From IMG/VR virus record IMGVR_UViG_3300014050_000006, positions 1-64,000 of that record: 64,000 nucleotides of DNA; one strand, given 5' to 3'. This DNA comes from a virus. The number at the start of each line of letters is the position of its first letter. Position 1 is the stretch's first letter. The notes under the pieces are model-generated. The model saw only the letters and a program-made list of their open reading frames with translations, was not told where the DNA came from and ran no database searches. Below, piece by piece: positions 28,222-38,100 of this stretch. The translations under genes were made by a program, and so were the position numbers.

Positions 28222-29025
28222 ATGAGTCCAAAAATTAAAGATAATGAAAATACCACTACTATTGGTAGTTCTGAATTAATTAACATAGATGTTCTATCTA
28301 CAAATCCCCAACCAGTACTTCAAGTTATTCCTCCAAATCTTATTACTAGAAATCAATATGGATTAATTGATGATAAAAATCTTAATTATGTATTCAATGA
28401 TGATGGAACAATTAATTGGCGTAAAATGGTAAAAACAGAATATTTAGTACCAAATAGACAAAAGACTCAAGAAACCGATGTTTCTAAACTAGAAGATAAA
28501 GACTTACTTATTCTTTTAGGTGGTATTAAAGAACTTGCTCAAATTCGTGGCTATACAAGCGTTGAATATAAAGTAGTAGCAGCAAGCGAAAATTATTTCG
28601 CAACAAGCTGTCGTATAACTTGGATTCCAAATTATGAAACTGGTGGTCGCGAAATTGTATTTGAATCTCTTGCAGATGCAACAAGTAGTAATACTAAATC
28701 TTTTGCTAGATTCTTTTTAGCTGCAATTGCTGAAAATAGAGCTTTTGTAAGATGTGTTCGTAATTTTTTAAAGATTAATATTGTATCTCAAGAAGAACTT
28801 GGAGATGCTAAATTATTAGATGATGGATCTACTTCCCAAGAGAATCCAACTTCTCCACTTACTCTATTGGAGAAAATAATGAAACAAAAAAGTATTTCAT
28901 TTGAAACTTTAAAAAATAAACTAATCAAAGAAAATTTTGATAATGTAGAAAATATAAATTCTTTAAATGATATTCCTAAAGCTAAAATTTTTGAATTGAT
29001 TGAAAGAATTAAAAAAATTAAATAA
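28222..29025 (+). CDS. Rad52/Sak-like single-strand annealing protein (putative)
   Basis: G...LA..RG, ADA, AIAENRAFVRCVR..L.I resembling the AETRA..RA motif. Confidence 0.55.
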   Translation: MSPKIKDNENTTTIGSSELINIDVLSTNPQPVLQVIPPNLITRNQYGLIDDKNLNYVFNDDGTINWRKMVKTEYLVPNRQKTQETDVSKLEDKDLLILLGGIKELAQIRGYTSVEYKVVAASENYFATSCRITWIPNYETGGREIVFESLADATSSNTKSFARFFLAAIAENRAFVRCVRNFLKINIVSQEELGDAKLLDDGSTSQENPTSPLTLLEKIMKQKSISFETLKNKLIKENFDNVENINSLNDIPKAKIFELIERIKKIK

Positions 29026-29030
29026 AATAA

Positions 29031-30377
29031 TTAACATCTATCTTTAATAGATTGATATGATTTGTAATTAGTTTTTTTACCATCAGAATAACTTGCTCCT
29101 ATATTAAAGGCCTGATCTTTAGTTATATAATCACAAGTTCCATAAGCATTAGGCGTTATCCCTAATGTCACTAGTTTTGTTAAAGCATATAAAGCTTGAT
29201 CGTCACTTATGTTTACTGTCGAAAAACATGAAATTGGTGCACCAAAAACATTAAGTCCACCTCCAAAATCAATTCCACTATGTCTTATATCTAACAAAGT
29301 ACTAAAAATTGGAGAATCTATAATTATTTTAGGATAATATAAAAAAGTTTTTTTAGATCTACAAATATAAGGACCAAATATAGATTTTTCTTTTTGAGGA
29401 TTTGGATATCCTTTTTGCGATGTAGAAATTTTTACTGGTATATAATCTAAAAAATCTATATATAAATTTAAATTATTTGGTCCTCCAAATGTACCAAAAA
29501 ATCCTTTTGCACTTATATTATTTTTCATATTTTCTAAAATATTTTTTTCTGTTGCTTTTGATTTATTTATAAAACTATCACCTTGATATTTTTGTGAAAT
29601 TTTATCAAGTTTTGAATCTTTAATTTCTTTATTACCAATTAAATTTGCTATAAAATTTTCTGCATTTTCTTTTGAATATCTAAATGGATTGTAAGAAAAA
29701 CCAGATCCAGCATTTAATTGGTATTTACTAAGTAAAGTATCATAACTTGATTGGCCCATTATTTTTTTAAATGCTGATTCACTTGATAAATTTATGAATT
29801 TACCTTTTTGGATTTTTTCTTTTTGTTCGTCTACAAATGGATATTTTCTATTTATTACTTGTTTTAAAGTATTAGTTTCATAAGTATAAAAATCAGATAT
29901 ACCAATTTTAGGTAACTGTAATTTAACACTAGAAGTCAATTCTGCGATTAATATACTTTGTATATAAATTCCCACAGATTGAGAAACTGTAAAACCAAGA
30001 ATGCTGCTATATCCACCTAGAAGTAAAGCTATAGTTAATGGGTCTACAGCTGGAGCTATAGAACCAATATTTAAATCTAATCCATAAGAATTATAAAATA
30101 AATCATTCATTTGAGATTCAATAAATCCGATTGGTCGCATTGTACCAAGTCCATAATACCCTTTATTAAATCTTGTTTTTCTTTCATCTTCTAGTGCTTT
30201 TTTAACTGCTGGTTTTAAATTTTTATCATTCTGCAACATAGAAGTCGCTCCATTATTGAAAAAAATATAATGTTGATTTATTGGAATGACACCCAAATGA
30301 CTAACTTTGTTTAAAACAAGTTTGGTATTTTCCATACCATAAGTATTATTCCAATTTGCTGAAGCTAATTGATTCAT
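29031..30377 (-). CDS. hypothetical protein (last gene of the virion arm)
   Basis: 448-aa ORF; no recognised motif. Confidence 0.6.
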   Translation of the reverse strand: MNQLASANWNNTYGMENTKLVLNKVSHLGVIPINQHYIFFNNGATSMLQNDKNLKPAVKKALEDERKTRFNKGYYGLGTMRPIGFIESQMNDLFYNSYGLDLNIGSIAPAVDPLTIALLLGGYSSILGFTVSQSVGIYIQSILIAELTSSVKLQLPKIGISDFYTYETNTLKQVINRKYPFVDEQKEKIQKGKFINLSSESAFKKIMGQSSYDTLLSKYQLNAGSGFSYNPFRYSKENAENFIANLIGNKEIKDSKLDKISQKYQGDSFINKSKATEKNILENMKNNISAKGFFGTFGGPNNLNLYIDFLDYIPVKISTSQKGYPNPQKEKSIFGPYICRSKKTFLYYPKIIIDSPIFSTLLDIRHSGIDFGGGLNVFGAPISCFSTVNISDDQALYALTKLVTLGITPNAYGTCDYITKDQAFNIGASYSDGKKTNYKSYQSIKDRC

Positions 30378-30382
30378 TTTAA

Positions 30383-31051
30383 TTAAACATTAGAACTACT
30401 ATAATAAAAGAAAGGATTCATAAATGGAATTCCATAAGCTACAGGATTTCCATCATAATTAAAAGTTGTCATCATTATATTATAATCAATTACTTGTATT
30501 AATTTATTTACTTCTTTAACTTCGGTTCCACCAGCTGTTATAGGAATAGTCTGCCCATTTTGAGATGTATCATTTGTTAAATAAGCTATTGGAAAATATG
30601 CAGCAGTTTGTCTTCTATATGTTATATTATCTTTTAAATTACCATTTTGATCAAACTCTATTCCAGGATTATATTGAAAAGGCTCAGGATATCCACTCCA
30701 TGGATTATCTAATTTTCCAATTTTTATTGACGCCCCTGTTGCGTAAAGATTTGGTCCAATTCCAACTTCAAGATATAAAATTTGATTTGATTCTTTTACT
30801 TCAAATTCTTGGCCTAATCCATTTATAACGTGACCACTAATATTTCCTTCCATACCTTGAATTACAGATTTAGTTGAATCATCCATAAACCCAGTATATA
30901 CCATCATATCTTTTAAATTAAAAGATCTATATATAACAGATCTTGGTTCAACGGTAAGATATATTTTTTTATCTTTTTGAATATAAGATACTTCAAATGG
31001 AATATAACTTGCTTGTTTTGCTGCTGATGTTTTAAATACTGGTGTTGCCAT
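30383..31051 (-). CDS. hypothetical virion-associated protein
   Basis: 222-aa ORF in the tail operon. Confidence 0.6.
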   Translation of the reverse strand: MATPVFKTSAAKQASYIPFEVSYIQKDKKIYLTVEPRSVIYRSFNLKDMMVYTGFMDDSTKSVIQGMEGNISGHVINGLGQEFEVKESNQILYLEVGIGPNLYATGASIKIGKLDNPWSGYPEPFQYNPGIEFDQNGNLKDNITYRRQTAAYFPIAYLTNDTSQNGQTIPITAGGTEVKEVNKLIQVIDYNIMMTTFNYDGNPVAYGIPFMNPFFYYSSSNV

Positions 31052-31052
31052 T

Positions 31053-32726
31053 TTAAACTCCTGTTAAATTTATAATGATTTGCTGTTCATTATTTAAAGT
31101 TACTTTTAGTTGAGCAATATCATCATATATTTTATTATTTATATTAGTATATTTTACATCTATATTATAAAAATTTGTCGAAGTATCATCTATATAATTA
31201 GTTGTATATTTTATTCCAGTACTACTAGTAAGTCCGCTATATAAATTTAAATATATCGTAGATACAGGATTATCAGATGCATATAAATTCCATGTATTAA
31301 GAAATGTTTTATATCCTAAAGTTCCAGTCATATTTCCAGTGATATAATTAGAATAATTTTTACTCATTAATCCAGTAGCTAATACAACCCCATAGACATG
31401 AGTTTCAAATATTCCAGTTGAATTTAATGGCTCATAAAGTGAAATTCCACTTACTAAATAATTTCCAGTTTCAAGAGTTGGAGTATTAATTGACCCAAAA
31501 GTTTGTATAGAAATTAGATTTCCACTCTCTCCAGAAATAGCAGAAGTTAATTTTAATTTTGATCCAATTATCTCTGAATATACTCCATAAGATCCATTAC
31601 CAGAATTTATAATATTATTAAGAGTAGTTATAGAATCAAAATAAAGTGGAGGATTAAATAATGATCCAGTGGCATATGTAAACGTACTTAATCTAGCATT
31701 AATTGGGTCATCTATTGTTATAAAATCAAAAAATTCTGGATTATTATAATTTATATAATTATAAGCATTTGAAAATCCAGTAGTATAAGCTTGCAAAGCA
31801 TTAACGCCAGAACCAGTAACAATTTCATTAAATATATAAATTCCGCTATTTATTTCTAAAACTTTTCCAGTCAATACTCCAGTCAATACTGCATAACCAG
31901 TTAAATTTTTTCTTGGTAATTTGACTTTTTGAATATTTCCACTACTTATTATCGTTCTTATTTCATCAACATATCCAATTCCATCATTCATAGCTTTATT
32001 TAAAACAAAAGTTCCTGGAAAATCAGAAATATTATTAGCTATAGGATTAACGATATTAAAATTATTGTACCAATATTGATTTCCAAATGTTGTATAATAA
32101 TAATCTTTAACAAAAGCTACAGTGTAAGTATTTTCATCATAAAAATTATCTCTTAATTTTACGATACCAGAATATATTCCATCATAAGAATTAGATCTAT
32201 ATGCAATTGGTGAGTTTATTGTACTAGATACAGGTTGTAACACAACTTCTAATGGATTTATATTATTTCTATTTAGATAACCAGTTAAAACACCAGATAA
32301 AGGATATTTAACATTATCAGAAGAATTTATAGTTAAATTTTCATTGATTGGGATTACTTCTCTACCATATGCATCATAAAAAGTTTGTCCATTGACAAAA
32401 ATTCCAGTATGGTATCCACTTGCATTATAAGATCCAGAAGAATTTGTAAAACCAATATCTATAAATTCTGCAATTCCAGTTATTTTTGCGTAAAGATCAC
32501 CAGAATAATTAGAATAATATAAAGTATCTACTCCAGTTAAAATTAAAGATTCTTGATTAGGTATATTAAAATCATAATTTGCAAACAAAGTAATATTTTT
32601 TACCTTAATCTTATTAATAGGAAATGTTACAAAAGAATTCTTATTATTATTAAGTTCTTTTAGCGTATCTGGATCAATAGGAGCGCTCCTAAATCCTGTC
32701 ATAAATATTCTTGCGTATTTAGCCAT
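31053..32726 (-). CDS. TG/SG-rich putative tail/baseplate protein
   Basis: 557 aa, beta-rich; 18 TG and about 13 SG dipeptides counted by eye. Confidence 0.6.
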   Translation of the reverse strand: MAKYARIFMTGFRSAPIDPDTLKELNNNKNSFVTFPINKIKVKNITLFANYDFNIPNQESLILTGVDTLYYSNYSGDLYAKITGIAEFIDIGFTNSSGSYNASGYHTGIFVNGQTFYDAYGREVIPINENLTINSSDNVKYPLSGVLTGYLNRNNINPLEVVLQPVSSTINSPIAYRSNSYDGIYSGIVKLRDNFYDENTYTVAFVKDYYYTTFGNQYWYNNFNIVNPIANNISDFPGTFVLNKAMNDGIGYVDEIRTIISSGNIQKVKLPRKNLTGYAVLTGVLTGKVLEINSGIYIFNEIVTGSGVNALQAYTTGFSNAYNYINYNNPEFFDFITIDDPINARLSTFTYATGSLFNPPLYFDSITTLNNIINSGNGSYGVYSEIIGSKLKLTSAISGESGNLISIQTFGSINTPTLETGNYLVSGISLYEPLNSTGIFETHVYGVVLATGLMSKNYSNYITGNMTGTLGYKTFLNTWNLYASDNPVSTIYLNLYSGLTSSTGIKYTTNYIDDTSTNFYNIDVKYTNINNKIYDDIAQLKVTLNNEQQIIINLTGV

Positions 32727-32729
32727 TTT

Positions 32730-32754
32730 CCTTATACCTTCATATATATTACAC
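32730..32754 (-). promoter_or_regulatory. GTGTAA motif plus AGG-N4-AGG leader
   Basis: GTGTAA-9nt-AGGtataAGG-aaa-ATG. Confidence 0.65.
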
Positions 32755-33579
32755 TATATATTCGATTAAATTTTTGTATATATTAATATTTATATTCTTA
32801 ATATTAAATAAAACTTTTTGTTGGATATCATAATCATTTTTAGTTTTAGCTAAATGAATATAAAAATTGTTTTTTTCATTTATATTTTTTATAATATATT
32901 TAGAATTCAAATTATGATATTCTGCATAAAATTTAAGAAATAATTGTTCAGGAATAACAGGCATACAAAAAGAATATTTTATATTTTTTAAATATTTCAT
33001 ATCATATTTTTTTCTTAAAAACTCATATATTAAAATAGATTTTTCAGCATAATCTTTAGCTATTTTTGGATCTTTAAAACCTAAAATACCACAATTATAA
33101 GATTTTTCATTTTCTGCGCCAAATCTTAATTCATTATTTAAAAAAAGTTTATCAATTAAAAAATCCCATTCTGGTATTATTTTTAAAGGAATAATATCTT
33201 TGAAAACATACATTAATTTTATATACCATTTATTTTCTTTCAATATTTCTTGATTTTGATAAATTAAATCATTTTTTATTAAATTTTTAGTTACATCTTC
33301 CAATAAAAAAGTATCTAAATCTATAATTATTTGTTTTTTTTCATTTTTTAAAACTTGCATTTTACAGCAACTCCAATAATAATCATAATAATGATTATGC
33401 TCTATTTCGTTAAAAGAATCATAATTTAGTCCAATATTTTTACAAATATTTATATATTCTTTTGTTGAATAAAGATTAATTTTAAAATCTTGTTTTTTTA
33501 AACAAAGAAAAGATAAAACTTGGGGTATTAAATATTTTTGATTATTTGATAATGGTAAAAAAGTATGAGTAAACTCCAT
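32749..33579 (-). CDS. GT-A fold nucleotide-sugar transferase (DUF6734-like)
   Basis: W...K, IDLD (DxD), YNCGILG, EQ.FL, YIHL; TAATG-coupled to the upstream Ser/Pro-rich gene. Confidence 0.7.
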   Translation of the reverse strand: MEFTHTFLPLSNNQKYLIPQVLSFLCLKKQDFKINLYSTKEYINICKNIGLNYDSFNEIEHNHYYDYYWSCCKMQVLKNEKKQIIIDLDTFLLEDVTKNLIKNDLIYQNQEILKENKWYIKLMYVFKDIIPLKIIPEWDFLIDKLFLNNELRFGAENEKSYNCGILGFKDPKIAKDYAEKSILIYEFLRKKYDMKYLKNIKYSFCMPVIPEQLFLKFYAEYHNLNSKYIIKNINEKNNFYIHLAKTKNDYDIQQKVLFNIKNININIYKNLIEYIV

Positions 33580-35087
33580 TATTCGTTTATTTCTTTAATT
33601 TTATTAATAGTTTCTTGTATTTTTATATCTTTTAAATTTTGCAAATTTAAATGATCCATATTTTGAATATCTTCTATTGGAATATCTAATAGTGAACTTA
33701 ATAAGTCTAAATTAACAACTGCTGAAACGCTATATGGATCACTACTACTACTACTGCTGCTTGGACAATCTTTAATATTATATACATAATATTCATAATG
33801 AAAATTTCTGGGATATGGTCTAGTGACTATGCAGGGACAATCAACTGTTTTAGTACCAAGTGCTTGACATGGACCAAGTTCTGGAGTCCCTTCTGAATAA
33901 TGTGGTGGACATTGACTTGGATCTTCAACTATTGCAGAACATGGAGGTTCGATTGGATCGAATATATGAATATTCGTACACGAACCAAGAGTTTGATCAC
34001 GACATGGTGGATTCCAATTGCAAGCCCAAGTTGTTGATTTTCTGCAAACACCCTCATCTGGTACTGGTTCTGATGGTTGAGGTCTACATTCTGCGCATCT
34101 TTTGTCTCTATTACAAACAAGATAACAGAAACAACAACCATTCCTACATCTAGGATCAGGATGCCATTCACAATCATCACAACATTGTTCATTTTGCCTA
34201 CAAACATCACATGGAACTTTTCCACCAGGACAAGTATTACAATCAGGTGGTGGTGCGCTAGGTGGTGGTGGTGGAGGAGAAGGAGGAGGTGGAGGAGGTG
34301 AAGGAGAAGGACTTGGCGAAGGAGAAGGACTTGGCGAAGGAGAAGGACTTGGAGAAGGAGAAGGACTAGGTCCAGGAATCGATGAAGAACTAGATGAAGA
34401 ACTAGATGAAGAAGGAGGTGGAGGAGGTGGTGGAGGTGGTGGAGGAGGTGGTGGCGGTGGCGGGGGAGCTGGAGAAGGGGAGGGACCTGGAGATGATGAT
34501 GAAGAACTACCTGAAGAAGAAGAAGAAGAAGAAGAACTGCCTGAAGAAGAGCTACTTGATGAAGAAGATTTATCGCAACTCCAACATGGAATTCCAATTC
34601 CAAGATTAATTTTATTTAAAGTATAACCCAATGGACATGTTACTTCTATTGAAAAAAATCCAAAATCTTCACATTTTAAACTTGATGAAGATGATGAAGA
34701 TAATGGATCACATTTATAACAATTTAAATCGTTGATTCTTATAGGAGTAATTTGAAAATTAGTTCCACAATTAATATTTGGATCAGAAGAATAAAAATAA
34801 TCTTCACAGGTTGGTTTAACTGGTAAATCCCAAACGTATATATTAATGAAACTAGTTGAAACTCTATTTTCTCTATCATAAAAATAAATATATTGAGGAT
34901 GCCAGCCTAATTGAGGAATATATCCTGTTATACGATTATCCTTAGTTAATCCAAGAGTATTATGAGATAATATACTATTTGTATATATAAAATCCCCAAA
35001 ACTTTGTACTTGATAATCTATATAATAATTAGAATAAGTACTTATTACATCATTTTTACTATATAGAATATCATCTAAACTTTTCAT
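33579..35087 (-). CDS. Ser/Pro-rich, Cys-rich putative virion glycoprotein
   Basis: Two C-E-D...C..C repeats, poly-Ser, poly-Pro, (SP)n, Cys-rich domain; C-terminal tail shared with 45506..48826. Confidence 0.75.
   Translation of the reverse strand: MKSLDDILYSKNDVISTYSNYYIDYQVQSFGDFIYTNSILSHNTLGLTKDNRITGYIPQLGWHPQYIYFYDRENRVSTSFINIYVWDLPVKPTCEDYFYSSDPNINCGTNFQITPIRINDLNCYKCDPLSSSSSSSLKCEDFGFFSIEVTCPLGYTLNKINLGIGIPCWSCDKSSSSSSSSSGSSSSSSSSSGSSSSSSPGPSPSPAPPPPPPPPPPPPPPPPPPSSSSSSSSSSSIPGPSPSPSPSPSPSPSPSPSPSPSPSPPPPPPSPPPPPPSAPPPDCNTCPGGKVPCDVCRQNEQCCDDCEWHPDPRCRNGCCFCYLVCNRDKRCAECRPQPSEPVPDEGVCRKSTTWACNWNPPCRDQTLGSCTNIHIFDPIEPPCSAIVEDPSQCPPHYSEGTPELGPCQALGTKTVDCPCIVTRPYPRNFHYEYYVYNIKDCPSSSSSSSDPYSVSAVVNLDLLSSLLDIPIEDIQNMDHLNLQNLKDIKIQETINKIKEINE
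34246..34570. repeat. low-complexity coding repeats including an 18-nt tandem unit
   Basis: GAAGGAGAAGGACTTGGC x4 (34300-34371, last two degenerate); GGT/GGA and GAA triplet runs encoding Pro and Ser on the - strand. Confidence 0.9.
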
Positions 35088-35119
35088 TAATATATTATAT
35101 TGTTTTTATGTCATTATGT

Positions 35120-38100
35120 TTAAGATAAATAATCATAATATCCTATTCTAAATCTATTAATTTCTTCGGTTATTATTTGTGTATCAGCTTTTTTCTCTGT
35201 TTCTGGTTCTCCACTAGCTACCCCAGTTCCACCACCATCAAGACCACTTGGTATTGGATCACAAGAAAAATTAAATACTTGATAATCTATAAAACCAGTT
35301 CCACAAACTATTCCACTACCAGTAGGATTTCGAAGACACATTGTTGTTCCAGTTCCAGATTTTAAATTTCCACTAGATAATTGATTTAATAGATCTTCTA
35401 AATTTTCTTCTTTTTCTACTTTTTTATTTTCTAATTCAGATGAAATTGGTATTTCTCTTGTTGCAGTATATTTTACATTTTCAAGTGAGTCATATGGGAT
35501 ATTTGTTGGTGCACTTGAATTTGGACTTTTAATATAAGTATTAATCGGTTGTAAATTTTGAGAGTTTGTAATTCCTGTCCAATTTATATAATCATCTGAA
35601 ATCTCAAGTTTAATAATTTTAGGCACAAGATAATTGTAAAATTGTAATCTAGATTCTAAATTTAATTTTATGTCATGACTACCAAATTTTCCACTTCTTA
35701 ATGAAATTAAATTAATAATACTGTTTCCGCTTTCATCAAATCCACCATCTATTCCAGTTAATAATGGTCCATATTCATATTGTATATTTTTATTATATTT
35801 TAATGGTTTCCAACTATATAAACCAGAAGATGCAAATTTATAATTAATATTATCAATTAAATCTTGTTTTGTTCTAAAATAATTATATCCAGTTATTTTT
35901 GTAGAATAAATAAATTCTGTAGTATATTCTTTCACAGGTGGTCTAACGCCATACAATGATGTAATTACTTTTTCATAATCAAATGGATATTGTTTAAATA
36001 TTATTTTATCTCCATCATAAAAACTATTCACAGCAATTTGACCAGAATAATAATTAAAATTATATTTTAATTTAACATTTAATGGGTTTAAATCATCTAA
36101 GAAAAATACTCCAGAATAAATTGAATCTCCACTATTAGGAGTTGGAGGAAGGCTTAAATTAAAATTAATTGCTCCAACTAAATCTTGTCCACAATTATCT
36201 TTACAATAACAACACAAAGTATTTAAATTTTCATCTATTGCAACTCTATATGTATTTACGCTTGGAGATGGATAGAAATTTAAGTATTCAGAAAAAATAA
36301 CTGGTGGTAAATATTTTTTTGGTATATCTATATAAGTCTCATTGGCCTTTAGTCTTTTTTGAGCTTCTTGACAAATTGTGCAAAATGCAGTACTACATGC
36401 CGCAGCTTTACCTTTAACAACAGTAATCGTTGGAATACAAATACTTGAATATTTTCCACTTATTTCTTTATAAAATAAAGATGGACTATCTACTGTACCA
36501 CTAAGAGATCTTTCAAAATCAATATTAAATGCTAAAGGATTTTCATTATTTAAATTATTAAATCCAGATCCAGAAATCAATTCTTTTGGACCCATTTCAT
36601 ATGTTGCCCAAATTTTATCTTGATTTTCTATATAAATTTCTTTTAATTTTTCTCCTGTTATAAAATTAACTTCTAAAGAAAGTAAATGAATATTTTGATT
36701 TTTGCCATTTAAACTATTCTCTGTATATAAGAAATCATTTTCATTTCCAGAAAGTATAGTTGTATAAATTCCAGGTTCTAGGAAATATAAAAATCCAGTC
36801 TGTGTACCAGTTATATAATTTCCATTTTGTAAATATTTATTATTACTATTAAATATTGAAAAGTTATATTCACCTAAATTATAAGTTAAATTATCATTTA
36901 TACTTTTGTATTGAAACAAACATGGAAGAGCTATATTTTTATTATTAGACAATAATGGTGGATCAATTATAACTTTATTTTTTATAAATTTATATTTATC
37001 ATTGATAGAAGAACTTGTGTTAGCGTAATACGAACTATCATAATTTATAAAATTATCTACTTTAAAGTTTTGTAATATTCTTTTTTGAGAAAGATATTCG
37101 TTAATATTATCTATAATTCCAATTGGTTTTGTTTGATCTAAAATTTCTATATTCAATATAGTAGGATTTTTTGGTATATTTTGAAAATATCCTGTTCGTA
37201 AAATAACAGAATTTAATTCAATATCGCAATCTTCTATATTATCTTCCTCAAAACCATAAAGATTAAGATCTAATAAAAGAATATGCTGTTCTCCACTTGG
37301 TGGTAAAAATTGTTGATAATAAGTATCAATTGAATTTTGTCTATATGTCTTAGGTTTATAATTAATATAATTATTTTTATCAAATGCAATTTCTGTATCA
37401 ACTTTTGGTAAACCAAATAAACCAGTATTATATTCATAAGGTTCTTTTCCAAGAAATAATCCAGTATAAATTTCTCCTAAATATCCTCTCAATGGTATGA
37501 AAGAAATATCATTTAATATATTATAACCATTTAAATTAACATAAGCAGCACCAGAAACAGGAAGATTAATATATTTTTCTATATATTGATTTCTATTAAG
37601 TTGACCAGTTATATAATTAAATATTCCTGTATCAAAAAATGGCTTTAATCTTTTATTAGTTGTTTGTATTCCATTCAGTAAAAATAAACTAGTATTAAAT
37701 TCAAATTTACTTTGATCATTTTCTTCTGAAAAAAAAGATATTTGTCCGTAACTATTATCACCCCATCCTGTTATAGTACCATTTTTTAACAAAACTACAC
37801 TGAAATTACCTCCAGCGCTAATTCCACTAGCATTATTTCCTATATTTTCTGGAACATTAATTTGCCCAGTATGATTATATCCCCATCCAGTGACTCTTCC
37901 ATTATTTAATAAAGCTAATGAATGATAAATGCCAGCGCTTATTCCAGTAGCATCATTTCCTATACCAGAAGGAATAGTAATTTGGCCAAGGGTATTATCT
38001 CCCCATCCAGTAACTCTTCCATCGTTTAATAATGCTAGACTAAAATTACCTCCAGCACTTACATCAACAGCATTATTTCCTATATCTATCGGAACATTAG

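Noticed and set aside
34300-34371. 18-nt tandem repeat as CRISPR array, or G-rich strand as a functional quadruplex
   Set aside because: No spacers; fully explained by (SP)n/poly-Pro coding
33929-34609. Alternative-frame and antisense ORFs rich in Leu/His, Glu/Val or Trp/Arg
   Set aside because: By-products of the stop-free Ser/Pro codon repeats; no independent start signals
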